Part shown: in pieces, positions 25,273 to 25,404 of the stretch | How the letters are laid out: every line of letters starts with the position of its first letter | How positions within the stretch are numbered: the first letter of the stretch is position 1 | DNA from: an uncultured Bacillota bacterium | Lineage (GTDB): Bacteria; Bacillota_I; Bacilli_A; Erysipelotrichales; Erysipelotrichaceae | DNA length: 25,404 nucleotides | Assembly: GCA_949287785.1 (NCBI GenBank) | Contig: CASEHR010000094.1 | Coordinates: 1 to 25,404 of the forward strand | Direction of reading: 5' to 3' | Program-made: the position numbers and the translations under genes | The notes under the pieces: generated by a model | What the model saw: only the letters and a program-made list of their open reading frames with translations | What the model was told of the DNA's origin: nothing | Database searches by the model: none

Positions 25273-25404
25273 CCGATCAACAGGTCACTCAGACTTTCAG
25301 CTACTTCTTCAAAATTCTCGCTGGCTTCCGAATAGTAGTTTTCCCATACATCCTTTGCCCATATTTCAATGTGATCATTTACACCGATGACGACGCATTC
25401 TTTT
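25269..25404 (-). CDS. mraZ: Transcriptional regulator MraZ, C-terminal part (starts outside the window)
   Basis: Not in the ORF track. Manual translation gives KECVVIGVNDHIEIWAKDVWENYYSEASENFEEVAESLSDLLIG*; ATGA overlap with rsmH. Confidence 0.93.
   Translation of the reverse strand, partial: KECVVIGVNDHIEIWAKDVWENYYSEASENFEEVAESLSDLLIG

Noticed and set aside
1-25404. CRISPR arrays, IS elements, prophage genes, tRNA/rRNA, LexA boxes (GAAC-N4-GTTC) near tag or recJ
   Set aside because: None seen by eye: no spaced direct repeats, transposase or integrase ORFs, or matching motifs.

Overview
A core-genome segment from a low-GC Gram-positive bacterium, probably Erysipelotrichales-like (inferred from gene order and protein sequences). 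Nearly all genes are on the minus strand. In transcription order: mraZ (partial)-rsmH-ftsL-pbp (2 PASTA) | mraY-murD-recJ-apt | rel | T-box-hisS-aspS-[1309-aa proline-free coiled-coil protein] | 6S RNA-yneF | monofunctional transglycosylase-DUF885 lipoprotein | rpsP-khpA | rimM-trmD | (plus-strand Imm5-like orphan) | L19 leader-rplS | lepB-[Tag glycosylase::GNAT fusion]-rbgA (partial). I found no mobile element, CRISPR array, rRNA or tRNA. The features not in the ORF track or not explained by housekeeping genes are: (i) a giant continuous coiled-coil gene between aspS and an unannotated short 6S RNA; (ii) a hisS-aspS T-box whose specifier loop has overlapping Asp/His codons (GACAC) and whose Stem I shares sequence with the rel terminator; (iii) a Tag-GNAT fusion; (iv) several Shine-Dalgarno-less starts just behind TATAAT boxes; (v) strong GATC/CGATCG enrichment. 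All family assignments come from motif recognition by eye; no database searches were run.
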